From Okamejei kenojei (Eukaryota), in contig CM069154.1 of assembly GCA_035221665.1 (NCBI GenBank), positions 12,772,001-12,836,000 on the forward strand: a stretch of 64,000 nt of DNA, given 5' to 3'. The notes under the pieces are model-generated. The model saw nothing but the letters and a program-made list of their open reading frames with translations, made no database searches and was not told where the DNA came from. Within the stretch, counting starts at the first letter, position 1. The number at the start of each line of letters is the position of its first letter. The translations under genes were made by a program, and so were the position numbers. Positions 25,803-38,530 of this stretch are shown in pieces.

Positions 25803-28800
25803 CTAAACCAAAAAGTAATTAATTAGATCTGGTGGTTTAAATACAATCACAGGCCAAACCAATTAAAAAAAATAGCATATTAAAATGGTTGTGGTACAAT
25901 AGAAAAATGTCAGAAATATGACATTGCATATTTGTGAGACTGAATATTTTTCTTTAACAAGCAAGTGGAAAGTACACAGCTGATGCCAATCCATGTTTCC
26001 TTTCACGGCACCAACTGGCTCAGATATGTGATGCTCCACATTGATGTTTTCACTTGCTCTAATCACCACTTAATTTTTGTCAATTAGAATCAAATTTGCA
26101 ATGACCAATAATTACTAAACTGCAGTCAATCTTAACTAAATGCAGATAATCAATCAAATGTTATTCTACCTTCATCCAGATCTCTCACATGCTACTCTTG
26201 TTCAGCTGTCTCTGATCAGAAGGAACGCTGACCAATTGCCCCAAACCCAGAGCCACCAAGGTCAATGGTGTGCTGAAAACTAATGCAGCTTGGGAGAGAA
26301 AATCAAATTTAGCAGTTCTCTCATCTTGATAACTTGGCTATTCCACTGATGAAACACAGTTGGGAATGTTATTTTATTTTCTAAAGAGAGCGTTACATGG
26401 GGCACCATCACAATTACCTTACCATTAATTAATTCTCTCAACCCCCTCCCCCAGCCACCCGAACTGCTTTTTTAACAATGCTTGTCAAACGTTTTGGTTT
26501 GTAGATGAAGCTAGCAAGATGCTTGATTGACCTCTTTTTTTAATTCTTTCATCTTATGATATCCCCACCAAAGTCAAACAGTGGAGACCTAAGAAATTAA
26601 TTTGTGGAGATCGAGGGGCAAGAAAAGTGAACATTTTTAAATAATTTGCTTTCATGCAAATTAAAAAGTGGAAATGAGATGAGAGATCACTTAAAATATA
26701 AAAATCCAACTCGAGTACCTGAAGTCATTTGTAATTAGCAGAAAAGCATAAAATACAAAGTTCCCATTTTTCCCTCAAGTTACAGCACCGAAGAGAGCCA
26801 ACAAAGATACCAGGTCCACTAATCCTCTGGTAAAATGTTACACATTATTTAACACTCAAACAAATAAGCACATTTGATGAGGGTACACAGGTTTGACAGG
26901 ACCATAAGGCACATTCCCCCAACACTCTAGTGGGAAACCGATTGCTGTGTGAAAAAAAACATCACCCACATGCTCAACATATCACACACATATTGTAAAA
27001 TTCCTCATAGGTCAGTCTCCCATATACACTTGGGTTTAGTTTAGTTCTGAATGTGCCAATTATGAGTTTGCTTTTTGTATGCAATTGCTCCCCTTTTAAA
27101 TAACATGTTCCAAATGATTAACCCAATCTTGAGGGCAAATAACACAGTTAGCCAAGGAAAATGAGCAGGCGTTCTATAGAATTTAACTCCAGTAATAATT
27201 CCCTGCAAGGTAAGTTTTGCACTATATACATCTAAAGCTATTTATGCAAGAAACTACAACATAAACAAAATGGCAGGTAACAGTGGTTTAGGGTCTCAAG
27301 AAGCTGCACTTCTGATCTTTAGAAAGCTTTAGAAAAATAGTCATGTCCAGAGTAATTCGTGGATGACGGTTTTAACAGGATTGAATTTACAGGTGGTCTT
27401 GGTACTAGGTTACTTATCCACCCGATTGAAGAAATAGCACATGCATCTGATATAGGATATCAATGTCAAGTGGCAACATGCCTCTTTTCCCTCTATGTTC
27501 CAACCAAACAAGTACCGCTTCTTCGAAGGGCGTTAGGAGCCGCTACTGAAACAATCTGATGAATTCACCAACAGGGAAATTCAAGAATACAGCATTTCCT
27601 ACTAGGTAGTCAAAATCCAAGGCTAAAGGAAAAAAAAAGCATTTTGTTTTTTAATTTTCCTCTGCCTTCCTACCCTTGTTAGGAAGTGAATGAAAATAAG
27701 AGTTTAAACAGAGCAAGACTACTTTAACAGAACTCAGCATACCTGGAATTAAAGGCTCATGGTCTTCTTGCATGATGATCTGTAACACAATACTGAATCC
27801 TGCATACATGAAACACTGCAGCCTTGGCGGACAGCTTTATGTAACAGTTCATGATTGCAAGCCAGGTACCAACAAGCATGGACAACTTTTTTTTCCTCCC
27901 CACACTCTATGACAGGTCTACTCCATTGTAAAGTAGGACCTTTCCAATTCCAAAATTTTCACCCACTACTTTAAGTTGGGAGATGACCTCAGTTGTTCCT
28001 TCATCACGATCACAGTGGTCTGATGAATGATTTTACATGGAGCTAAACAATACGATTTGCATCCTATTGGGACCGAATGGTTTGACAACATCAAAGAAAC
28101 TGAAAGGGAGAACTTAATTATCTTTGGCAAACCCCTAAACAGATAATTAGAGGATAGAAAAACAGCAAAAAGATTTAAGCAATGGTAATACTGGGTTCGA
28201 TTTTAAAGTAAAACCACGTCCAATTTTGCCTGTAATTAGACAACACTCCATTACAACTAGCTTGACAATATTTCTATACACCAATAGCTTCCAAATCAAA
28301 TTATTATAGCAGGCACGGAGTAAAAACCAGGAACTCCTTCATAGGAGCCAAAAAAAGATTCAGTTACCCATCTTCTTTCACATATTCTTCCCATTAGCAT
28401 TAAATAGAAATAATTCAAGCAAAATATATTACAGAAGGTCCTGGTCTACATGTGGGATTGAAATTTAAAAAAAGGTAATTAAACAATTTGCAGATTCCAA
28501 ATAAAAAGAAACCTCTGGAAATACTCAGGTCAGGCAGATCTGTGGCAGGGGAGAGGGAATAGGGGCAAAAAGAATTAACATTTTAATTTATTTGCAAAAA
28601 TGGTAGTTTAAAATTGCCTCGTGGCAGTAAGAATGGACAGGATGAAAAAGGGAGCAACTGTGAAAGGGCAAGACCAAGTCAAATGGGATAATAGGGATAG
28701 CTAGACGAAGATTGTGTTTTACCTGTATTGCATTGGTAATAGCCAGGCCCATCAATGGCCAATCACAAGGACATGATTGGCCACTGTTCCTGAATTGGTT

Positions 28801-28805
28801 ATATT

Positions 28806-29210
28806 GTGTAGGAAGGAACTGCAGATGCTAGTTTAAACCGAAGATAGACAAAAAATGCTGGAGTAACTAAGCAGGACAGGCAGCATCTCTGGAGAGAAGG
28901 AATGGGCGATGTTTCGGGTCGAGACCCTTCTTCAGACAGAGTCAGGGAAAAAGGAGACAAGAGATATAGATGGGGATGTAGAGATATATATAACAAATGA
29001 ATGAAAGATATGCAAAAAGAAATAAATAATGGAAATAGGCCATTGTTAGCAGTTTGCTAGGTGAGAGACCTCCTTCCTCAACTCTGTCCAGGGACCCCAG
29101 CAGTCCTTTCAGGTTAGGCAGAGATTCACTTGTACCTCTAACCTCATGTACTATATCAGTTGTTCAAGATGGACTCGTACATCGGCGAAGCTAAACATAG
29201 ACCGGGCAAT
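28806..29210. mobile_element. Penelope-like remnant: hammerhead-bearing terminal repeat (-) joined to a GIY-YIG fragment (+)
   Basis: 28806-28940 is the short element on the minus strand; 29085-29210 reads VQGPQQSFQVRQRFTCTSNLMYYISCSR..YIGE. Confidence 0.7.
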
Positions 29211-31945
29211 AGATAGATATGCTATTTATTAAATCCAAGTTGAAAATTAGATTTATGAGGACATTTTTAAATATATAAAAATGGAGTGGTAATGGTTGGA
29301 ACATGTTGCCTGGGGAAGTGGAAGAAGCAGATGTGATAGAGGGGGCTTAGATAGGCACATACATAGACAGGGAAATACATAAAGTGCAGGCAAATGGCAT
29401 AATGGCCAGCCCCGACACAACAAGTCAAAGGACCTGTTCCCATTCTGTATAGTTTTATGTTCTATAGAGCATTCCCAGTTCTGCAGTCATCAACCCAAGA
29501 GTTTTACACTGAGTATTTCCAGCATTTGCTTTTTATTATAAAACATTAAAAATGTCTTTAATGTATTCATATGAACTATATTAACTGCACTATTCTTTGA
29601 TAGAAGATTTTTCCAGAAAAATCTTCAAGAGTTTAGCCAAGTACAGACAAATGACTATGCGTGGACAATTTGAATCAATTACATAGTTCAGCAGTAACTG
29701 GGCATGGCAATCATCTCCCCACAAGGAACCATCTTTACCAACATATTGATGACTATGCTGCCTTGTCGGCACATGTAATGCAAAGCAATTTCCAGGTCAA
29801 ATGCATCAATCCAAAAATCTAACCAGTGCCTTCCCATCATGAAATTATACTTTTTTTTTTTTAATTGCCAAATCCAACACACTTTCCACAGTAAAACAAA
29901 TATGCAAAATCTGATCACAGATGACCAATTGTACCTACTGCCGGTGGTGACCTCTGTTTCTATGGCTTGCTTTAAAGCAGCAGGGATTAAATGGGGTCTC
30001 ACATTCACCAGACCCTCTTCAAATATTATTAATTGGGTTTTTAAGTCATCCCACCCACCCCATGTTACCATTGCCACCTCTCCACAACCCCTTAAACCCA
30101 ACAACACCCTCCCAGCTCCTGATGCACAGAAGGCATGTACAAAACATTGAAACTAGCAAACTAGCCTGAAAAAACAAATTCCACCAATTGTTATTTTTGT
30201 GAGCAGAATACAACATAAGAGGGCAGCAAGAACATTTAGTTATAAATTTGGAAACTGGTACTTGGCAAAGGAAAATTTCGCAAAATTCAAGGCAGAAAGT
30301 TAACTCAGTACAAGCAGATTGTCCATTTATAGCTTTCCATTGTTATCCTATACAGGTGCAATTATACTTTGTAGGAGTGTAGGGGGAATAAGCAATTTTA
30401 ATACCTTTAAGTGGATTTACTGGATTTGCTTTTCATGGTATGTAGAGGATAATGTAGAATGAACTAGGAACACACCAAAACATTCATGGAGAAAAACAAA
30501 TCAAGGGCAAATTTGTCCTTCTTCCAACTTAGTTCTAGCAGTTGAACAGATATTGAAGACTACTGGTTTCCCCACTTCTACCTTGTGACAACTGAGCAAG
30601 AATTTTTGAAAGCTCTGCTGATACCAAATCCTGAAGCAAAATCAGAAGCCTTTTGCATTGTGCAGGCTTCAATTAAAGAGCATGAAGTCAATACAATGGC
30701 TTCAAACCTCTGCATGTGGCCATTCATTGAAACATTTAAAGCATTTGCCTTAATGTATTGCAGTTGATGTTTTTGTTCAAGAGAATAACTCTTTGCTGAG
30801 AAACACACAACCAATACATTAAGCAAAGTATAGTTTAAATCATTCAAATCAACAAACTTAAACAAACTTTTAAATTATTCTGGCTGACTAAACTTTGAAC
30901 CTTTATTTGAAATAATCCACATTTAAATTACAACAAAGCAGCAAGAGAGAAGGATTCAAATTATACAGCTCAGTTTTATAGAAGCCACTACTCCCTTGGA
31001 ACTACAGACACATTTTTTAAGTATAATTATTTAAACATTTCCCACATTGGAAGCTCTTCCAAATGAACTGATAGCAAAGTCTCACACTTCAAAAAACTAA
31101 AGGGATTACCTAATTGACCTTGAAACCTTTCTATTACTCATGTAAAGTCAAAGCCTGCATTGTTTAGACAAGCTAGGGCCCAAAATCTCCGACCAAAAGC
31201 ACAAGACACAAAGTAGTCCATATAACTCATGGCAATCTTATCTCAGGCTGTCAAAACATGCAACTTCTGCAAGGGTCATTCATGTCCATCGCTCGTATAC
31301 CTAGAAATTCTCATGTCAGATGTGCTCCCCACTAATCCACTGCTTTATAAAAATATCAAACCAGGATAGGGTGGTATTTTGAAGCTTGCTAATGAGGCAC
31401 CATCTGCAGGTAAAATAGATGTTGACAATGCTCTGCAAAGGATCCAATGTTTGTCAGGGACTGAAACGAGCATTTGCATCAAATTTAGAAAGTGAAACAT
31501 CTACCAGTGTTTAAAAATAATGCACACCATTCACTGAAGGACTAAGCTTGGAGCCAAAATCCTGCAGCTGTAAAAATTGGTTATTAAATTTAAAGCTACA
31601 TTTGGACATTTTCATGCTTTTGCCAAACAAAATATTTTTGTTGCTTAATTCTGCACATTTCTATAGTTTAAACTCTAGTTTTGTAAAGACTCAACTAATT
31701 TTAGCTCTAACAGAATTTTTCCATGATCTTTGTTCAAATGCTACCCAAATGGTAAAAGCCAAAATTAGCACAGAACAAGGTTAATGGGGCGTGGAATTTG
31801 AGGCAAGAGGTTACCCATATTTATAGGAACCATCTAATTTAAAATCAATCTGGCTGACGTATGCATGCATGCCTAAACTCAAGTGCCTATATGGGCGACC
31901 TACCTGAAATCATTTATTACCTGGAAAGACAAAATCCAATCTTAC

Positions 31946-32044
31946 CCCATTGCGTTCATAGCACACACTGCCTGAAGTCTGACCAGGAGATGAAGGTTTC
32001 AGCCCAGATTTGTTCTCAAGGTTAAGGGGAGCAGCACAGACAAC
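31946..32044 (-). CDS. CSDE1: CSDE1 coding exon (orthologue of the mammalian cassette exon)
   Basis: VVCAAPLNLENKSGLKPSSPGQTSGSVCYERNG; ccag|...GGG|gtaag; 99 nt, symmetric phase 0. Confidence 0.94.
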
Positions 32045-35000
32045 CTGGACATACCATGACATAACAAAGAATAATGTCAGGAGGGTACATGAAGGCTTTC
32101 CAGGGGTTGAAAATGCCACTGGTCAAAGGCCCCAGGTATGTCTAGTTTTTGGGTTTAGACCAGCAGAAAATATTCCTCCAATGTCTTACGAATTGGTAGA
32201 AAAACTTGACTTATTATAGTACCAGATTTCTGCCACTAGCTATTCTATTCACATTACAGCACATATCTAGCAGCAGTAATTCGGTACTCAAACTAATCAG
32301 ACCTGCAATGGCCTGACAAACTGATTAAAATTCCAGTGTCTGTTTCCAAACCACTACATCTAACTTTTCAACCCCTGATTTCCAGATGATTTTTTTGGCA
32401 AAAACAGTTCTCTTACAAAGTCAGAAACTTGTAGACAACAATAGTCAAAACATATGATGACACTGTTCCATTAGAGAAAGGTAACTTGCACACCAATAAG
32501 TATAGTTTCATTCAAACATGAAGATATTATCCTCCACATACCATGGGGGAGAAAGAAAATCATGATTCAATGGGGAAACCACTGTTCATCTGTCCCTTTA
32601 AGAGATTTGCCCTTGAGCATCCCCAAATTTAGCCCTTCTGCCATTGGTGGTTATGCTTTTAATAACTCGCCCCCTTTCCTTCAAAACAAAAATCTACTTT
32701 TAACAAGATTTTGGTCATCCAACCTAATTCCTCCTTATGAGGCTGGGAGTCACAATTTAAAAATATATATTTTGCTGTAAAAGTGTTTTTGACGTTGTCA
32801 AATGAAAAAATGTATACTGGGTTGCTGTTGATTATCGAATTCCTTTTCCAAGTTACATGCAGAAAACCTCTTCAAATCCACTACAAAGTTTATTAATTTT
32901 GAGAAGAGTACTTACATTAAGAAAGCCAGAGCAGGTCAGACTGCGCTCCCTAGAACTAGGAACAAAGTACAACAAAATGGAAAGCTATATCCAAGAACCC
33001 GATTATTAAAGCAAGGCCCAGGACCGGAGAAGAGTGGCGAGTAAAAGACCAGTACGTTGACTTACTTCAACACAAAATGGAAGTTGAGTTTTTTTTTTTC
33101 ATTACCCTCCACACACCATGTACATCTCCACAGTAGAATCTCAAATAATAAGCAGAAAGACTATATTCTGCCAGGCTAAGCATCCAATAAAATATCCACC
33201 AATTAGCATCAAATCATGGTATTGTAAAATAAGTAAATAATGGATTAAATTAAGTAATAACAGTAGAATGTTGTTAAACCTAGAATTTAGTTACCACATG
33301 AAATAAAGTGTTACCACAAGAAAACTGCCCTAATCTCAAAACAAAACAGCACTGAGAAATACTGTGGGTCTTTTTTTGTAAACCAGCATCTGCAGTACTT
33401 GTGTTTACTGAGAAGTAGTTGTTCACTCACCCTGCTGGCTGATGTTCAAGACACAATGACACCTTCCCACATTTGATATCGTCTAAGCTAATTAATAAAC
33501 ACATCCATACCAAACTCACACTATTGCCCTCCCCTTCATAATTTTAGTAACACAGATTACCCATTCAGCCTCACTAATGGAGGACAGAATGCAGTTTATA
33601 ATTCTTGTGCATCACAATGGAAGTGTTCTACACCTTTTTATATACACATTACAGACCACAAGGCATTACAAACTGCACACAAAGCAAGCTCATGCTACCA
33701 AGAATGGGAGATCATTCCTCTTCCCCACCTTCCCCACTGGTTGCTGTATTTAAAACCAAATACCTGTAACCGTGGCCCATAGTTAAACTGTTAATTTCCG
33801 TTATCAGAGAAAGGAATTAATGCAAATGCTTTTCCTTGTTCAAAAAGCTAAGTGTCCAGTAAGTAAAATTCAAGGACATACTGGAATTAACCCAATTCCC
33901 TTCCCCTCTACCTTGTTCAAATAAAAATACATTAAATTAGAACTCATTCTCTCAAAATAAATTGCCATCTGATGATTCAGTATTGGTTGGAACCCGTCTC
34001 CCTTCGGGGCTTCAGGGTTTTACCCCCCTGGCATAATGGAGATTTTGGAGTCTTTATGAGACTACTCTTTCGTAGCTCGAGTTGTCTAAATTTAATTGCC
34101 AGTACTGATACACAATCTCAAATACCCCAAGAAGTAACCCCTCAGTTTAACAAAATTCAACTATAATAATAATAATAATATGCACACAGGGCCAATAATA
34201 ATGTGTCCAAGTTAGTGATTATGATTTCACTGCATCCAAAACACCACCATGATTGATTTTCCTGGCATGTATAGTTTGCATTGGGGTCTGGATTCCTTCC
34301 TCAGACCAATCCCCATTTTCACAAACTAGCTACTCATTATAGGTGAATGTCACTTTCTCATGCCCACTTTTTGGTGTAGGAATCAAAGTCAACATAAAGG
34401 GAATGAGAAGGCTATTGGGAAATGCATAATGCAATCTGCATGTACAAGATTGCCATGTTTGTCATGCAATTATCCTCTTTCTTCTCAAACAATTGGCAGA
34501 TCTTATTACTGTTCTGGTCCTTTGTGACAATTCTACCATTGTTAAATATGCTGACTCATAGATCATCCTCGATTTAATTATAGTTTGAGGAAAGAAAATG
34601 AGAGTCACTAATTAAAAAGTTAGTCTCAAAATAAGGGCAACTGCATTGAGAAGGTTCATTTATTTTATTCCCCGACCAAAACAGATGAGCTCAAATGCTA
34701 TAGCCACACACAACTGCATTCTATATATTTGCAGATTAGAGTAAGGCAGGGTCTCTAATGCTCCACCTAAATGGGGCATAAGTGTAAGCAACTTCAAAGT
34801 GTAAGTAACTCAATTCTGTTTAAAAAAAAATACAAATAATGGTTTAAGTGCTCAACACTGGTAATGAAGCCTATATGTAAACCCAAGAACACCACCACCA
34901 AATATTAGCATGGTTAAATCATGATAACCATATCCATAAATGTAGCAGGTATACTCCAACAATATATTGCAAGCTACTGTGTGCCCAGGTCATCCATCCA

Positions 35001-36824
35001 GAGTTTCACTTCTCTTCTTGACCTACCCACATTTACCGTACAAATTAAATGTGCATGGACCAGGAATACTTGGCTCAACAATTAAGGAATTATCATCCAA
35101 TTTGACAATGACAATTGCACAAACATACCTTTCCTCAGCACAATCAGCACTTGATCAGTGAAAGTACAATTAGAGTTGTTTTCTTGAAGGCATCTGAATT
35201 TGCTTGATTTGATATTCACAAGTCTAAATGTAATGTTTTAGATTGGAATTCAAAAAGAGAATTTGAACCATTCCTCGTGAATTTGTAAAGTTTTATATGT
35301 TTTGAAACCTAATTTTTTTAAAGTTTACAAATCTAGTTGAATGGCCATGGCTTTTTGAGCAGGGTCCCCGAGATCAAAATAAATAGTTAGTGGTAATTAA
35401 GCAGTACTGTAGACTGGCTTCGCTCACCCGCCAAAAACGATTACACCAGATACACGTTGGGGCTGTGATGCCAGGAAGTAAAGAAACAGAAATCAGCATA
35501 ATGAGTTTTAATCTCAAAATAATGCTGGTAGAGGTGCTTGGTAATATAAATAACCCTTTTAATACAAGGAACAAAAGTGGATATTCCAGAGATCGAAAAA
35601 GGTGCACACTTCATGGATGAAAACAATATCGCCTAAATACCAAAGAACTTCTACAAATATGAAAGTAATACTTAAAATTCCTGGCACTCATTTGCCCATT
35701 TTTCCTCAAAATATTACTTAACGTGAAGAGAACAGCTTCTTGCATCCAGTTTGGAGAATGCAATTGAACTTTTAATTTTAACCAGACAACACAAGAGAAA
35801 AATGTGTGAACAGATGTAGGATCGTGGAACCAAAGTGCTTGCGAATCGAGTCATTGTTGTGCCTGAAGGATAAACTCAAGATTTTACCAAAAGTTGCTTG
35901 CATTGGAAGAACACACAAATCGGATTGTGATTAAAGATCATTTGCATGGAGCAGCCAAAGATGGTGGGGAAATAAACAATCTTTCCTGAGAAGCACGTAA
36001 TGGAAGGTTCAGAAAGCCAGCACATAGTCAATTCTGACTGTTCCATCGATTAAGAGATTCGCACTACAACTGTGGCTCATTATAAATAGTTAATGTATGT
36101 TCAATTAGGGCTCCAATAACAGAAAAGCTGAAAATCAATAAGCATCACTCTTTCATGTTGCTCACACACAAGTTCCATCCAGATGAAGGCTATGAAATTT
36201 CAAACTTGAATCCTCAAGTCTAAGCCTAACAGATGACAATTACTTTCAATACCACCAGGTGGGAGATGCAGACAAGGTACTCTCTCAAAGGAGCAGGAAT
36301 TCAATCATCAGCTTTCCATTGGATTTATTGATTTATGGGAACTACATATGGTATGTGGAGAACAAAGAATTTAACGTACTGACCTTCCTTCACCCACTAC
36401 CCATCCCCATCCCAAGCATTAATATTTTAGGATTTGAAAAAGATCAGGCTTCCTGCATGTTGTTATAAAAAAAGACTCAATTTGAAGTTGGTAAGACAGT
36501 TGTTCCATAAGATATCTACTTCAATCCATATTAAATGCAATTAGATTGCTGTCAGAGAAGATAATGCATTGTAAATTTAGCTTTGGAACTGTAACTTTAC
36601 AGAATAGTAAATACTTATTGTTTACAGTGGGTAAGTTCTAAGAGCCAGAATTATACAGCATGGACACAGGCCCATTGGCCCACCAAGTCTGCACTGACTT
36701 TCAAACACCCATTCGCACTAACCCAGTTTTATATTCCCACATTCCCATCAACTCTTTCCAATAGTGTTAATGATGTTGGCAAGATATCTCCCTGATCTCA
36801 ATGCAGCAACGTAATTATCTTTAC

Positions 36825-36934
36825 CTGACCAGTGATCCTTTCTTCAGGCAAAATTTCAGGCTTTACTTTCAGCAGTTTAACAGCAATAGGTTTTCCAGTC
36901 CGTCTGTCAGAGGACACTTCGAATTCCACATCAT
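36825..36934 (-). CDS. CSDE1: CSDE1 coding exon
   Basis: (D)DVEFEVSSDRRTGKPIAVKLLKVKPEILPEERITGQ; ctgcag|...CAG|gtaaag; 110 nt. Confidence 0.96.
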
Positions 36935-37739
36935 CTGCAGATGATTCAGATGGGTTATCATGGAGCTCTTACAATGCCACAACATGAAATTGTCAATTTT
37001 GTACATACAATATTTTAAACAAAAGTGCAATACTTCCATTAACAATCTGAATGCAAGATGAGGTAACAAGAAGACATTACATCTCAAGCTTTGAGGTAGC
37101 AAGAAGACATTACATCTCAATGACACCTATTTTGTTGAATACAATGGGTGCACTCCAAGTGCGTACTTCCCTCAGGTTGTGGCAAGTGTGAAATTGTTTT
37201 AGAGCAACTCAGCGAGATCTGCATTCTGGGGAATATTAGTTATACCAGTTGATATATTTGCATGATTATCTACTCAGGTTTCAGAACAAAATATTAGTTT
37301 CATTCCATGGTACAGTTTCTGCTCAGGGGACAATCCACCTGCACTCGCTAATCTACCAACCCAGCATGGTCCGCTTCCATCTCACCTGGGCTAGCCAAGC
37401 CCCATGTAGGGACCCCAGTCATGTATTAGAGAAAATTGGTTTTAAACTGAAACAGGGCTCCAAATTTCTTACAAAAAAAAAAAAATAGAATTGGGCAGAC
37501 ATCCCAAGGAAAATTAGTTTCTTAAAAGCGGCAAATAAACATGACCAGTAGAAAGGCAGAGGATCCAAAAGAATACCCTGGAGGTTGCAGCTGCAGGATT
37601 GTCTAACCTCCCAGCACCAGTACTGTCCACCTGGAAGGCCAGTAAAGGATACCCGAGGTCAGGGAGCACGTTGGCACAACCCAATGTCCAGAACAAGGGT
37701 GCAGATCCTACTCTAAACACAGCAGTACTGCATTAGCAG

Positions 37740-38380
37740 ATGGGTGTGACACTATAGCAGTGGTACAGGCCTGAAACCTGTTCCTGTGACTATGGTGTGC
37801 CTCAGGGATCAGTGCTGGGTCCATTGCCATTTGTGGTTTAAAGCAATGATTTGGATGAGGCATGATTATTAGCTAGTATGCAGATGACACCAAAGTGGGC
37901 AGCATCGTAGATAGCAAAGATGGTTATCAAAAATGACAGTAAGTCACCCTGCTGTAGGAAGTATGTTGTTAAGCTGGAAAAGGTGTAGAGAAGATATACG
38001 AGGCTGTCGCCAGGACTTCAGAACGCGAGCTATAAGGAACGACTGGGACTTTTTTCCTTGGAGTGCAAGAGGGTGAATACACACAGCCTTTGACCCAGCG
38101 TAGGGGAAATCAAGAACCAGAGAAAATAGGTTTAGGTGAGAAGAAAGATTTAATAGGAACCTAAGGGGCAATGTTTTCCACACAGAGGGTGGTGGGTATA
38201 CAGAACAAGTTGCCAAAATAAAGGTACTAAAACAACCTTTAAGACATTTGAACAGGTACACGGATAGGAAAGGTTTAGAGGATATGGTCCAAACACCGGC
38301 AGGTGGGACTAATAGATATGGGGCATCTTGGTTGGCATGGGTAAGTTGGGTCCAAAGGCCTGTTTCCGTGCTATACGACT
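37740..38380 (+). mobile_element. Deleted CR1 RT/3' fragment
   Basis: ggtgtgcctcagggatcagtgctgggtcc (GVPQGSVLGP), gcagatgacaccaaa (ADDTK) and a CR1 3' tail. Confidence 0.8.
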
Positions 38381-38530
38381 AATATTGGAAAACAGTACTG
38401 AAGCACAAATCCATCACTGCATAAAACAGGAACACAAAATTAGTGGGTATATCCTTTAAAGATTGACACAGGCATAATTTAAATACATTTGAAGTCAGTT
38501 ACCTACTTGGCAAGAGTATATACCAAGGAC

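Noticed and set aside
33431-33482. Segment ending in a strong donor (AGG|gtgagt) as another microexon
   Set aside because: The upstream acceptor lacks a polypyrimidine tract
37059-37120. 33-bp tandem duplication (also an 18-bp one at 44921-44956)
   Set aside because: Two-copy local duplications with no spacers; not CRISPR-like and no evidence of function
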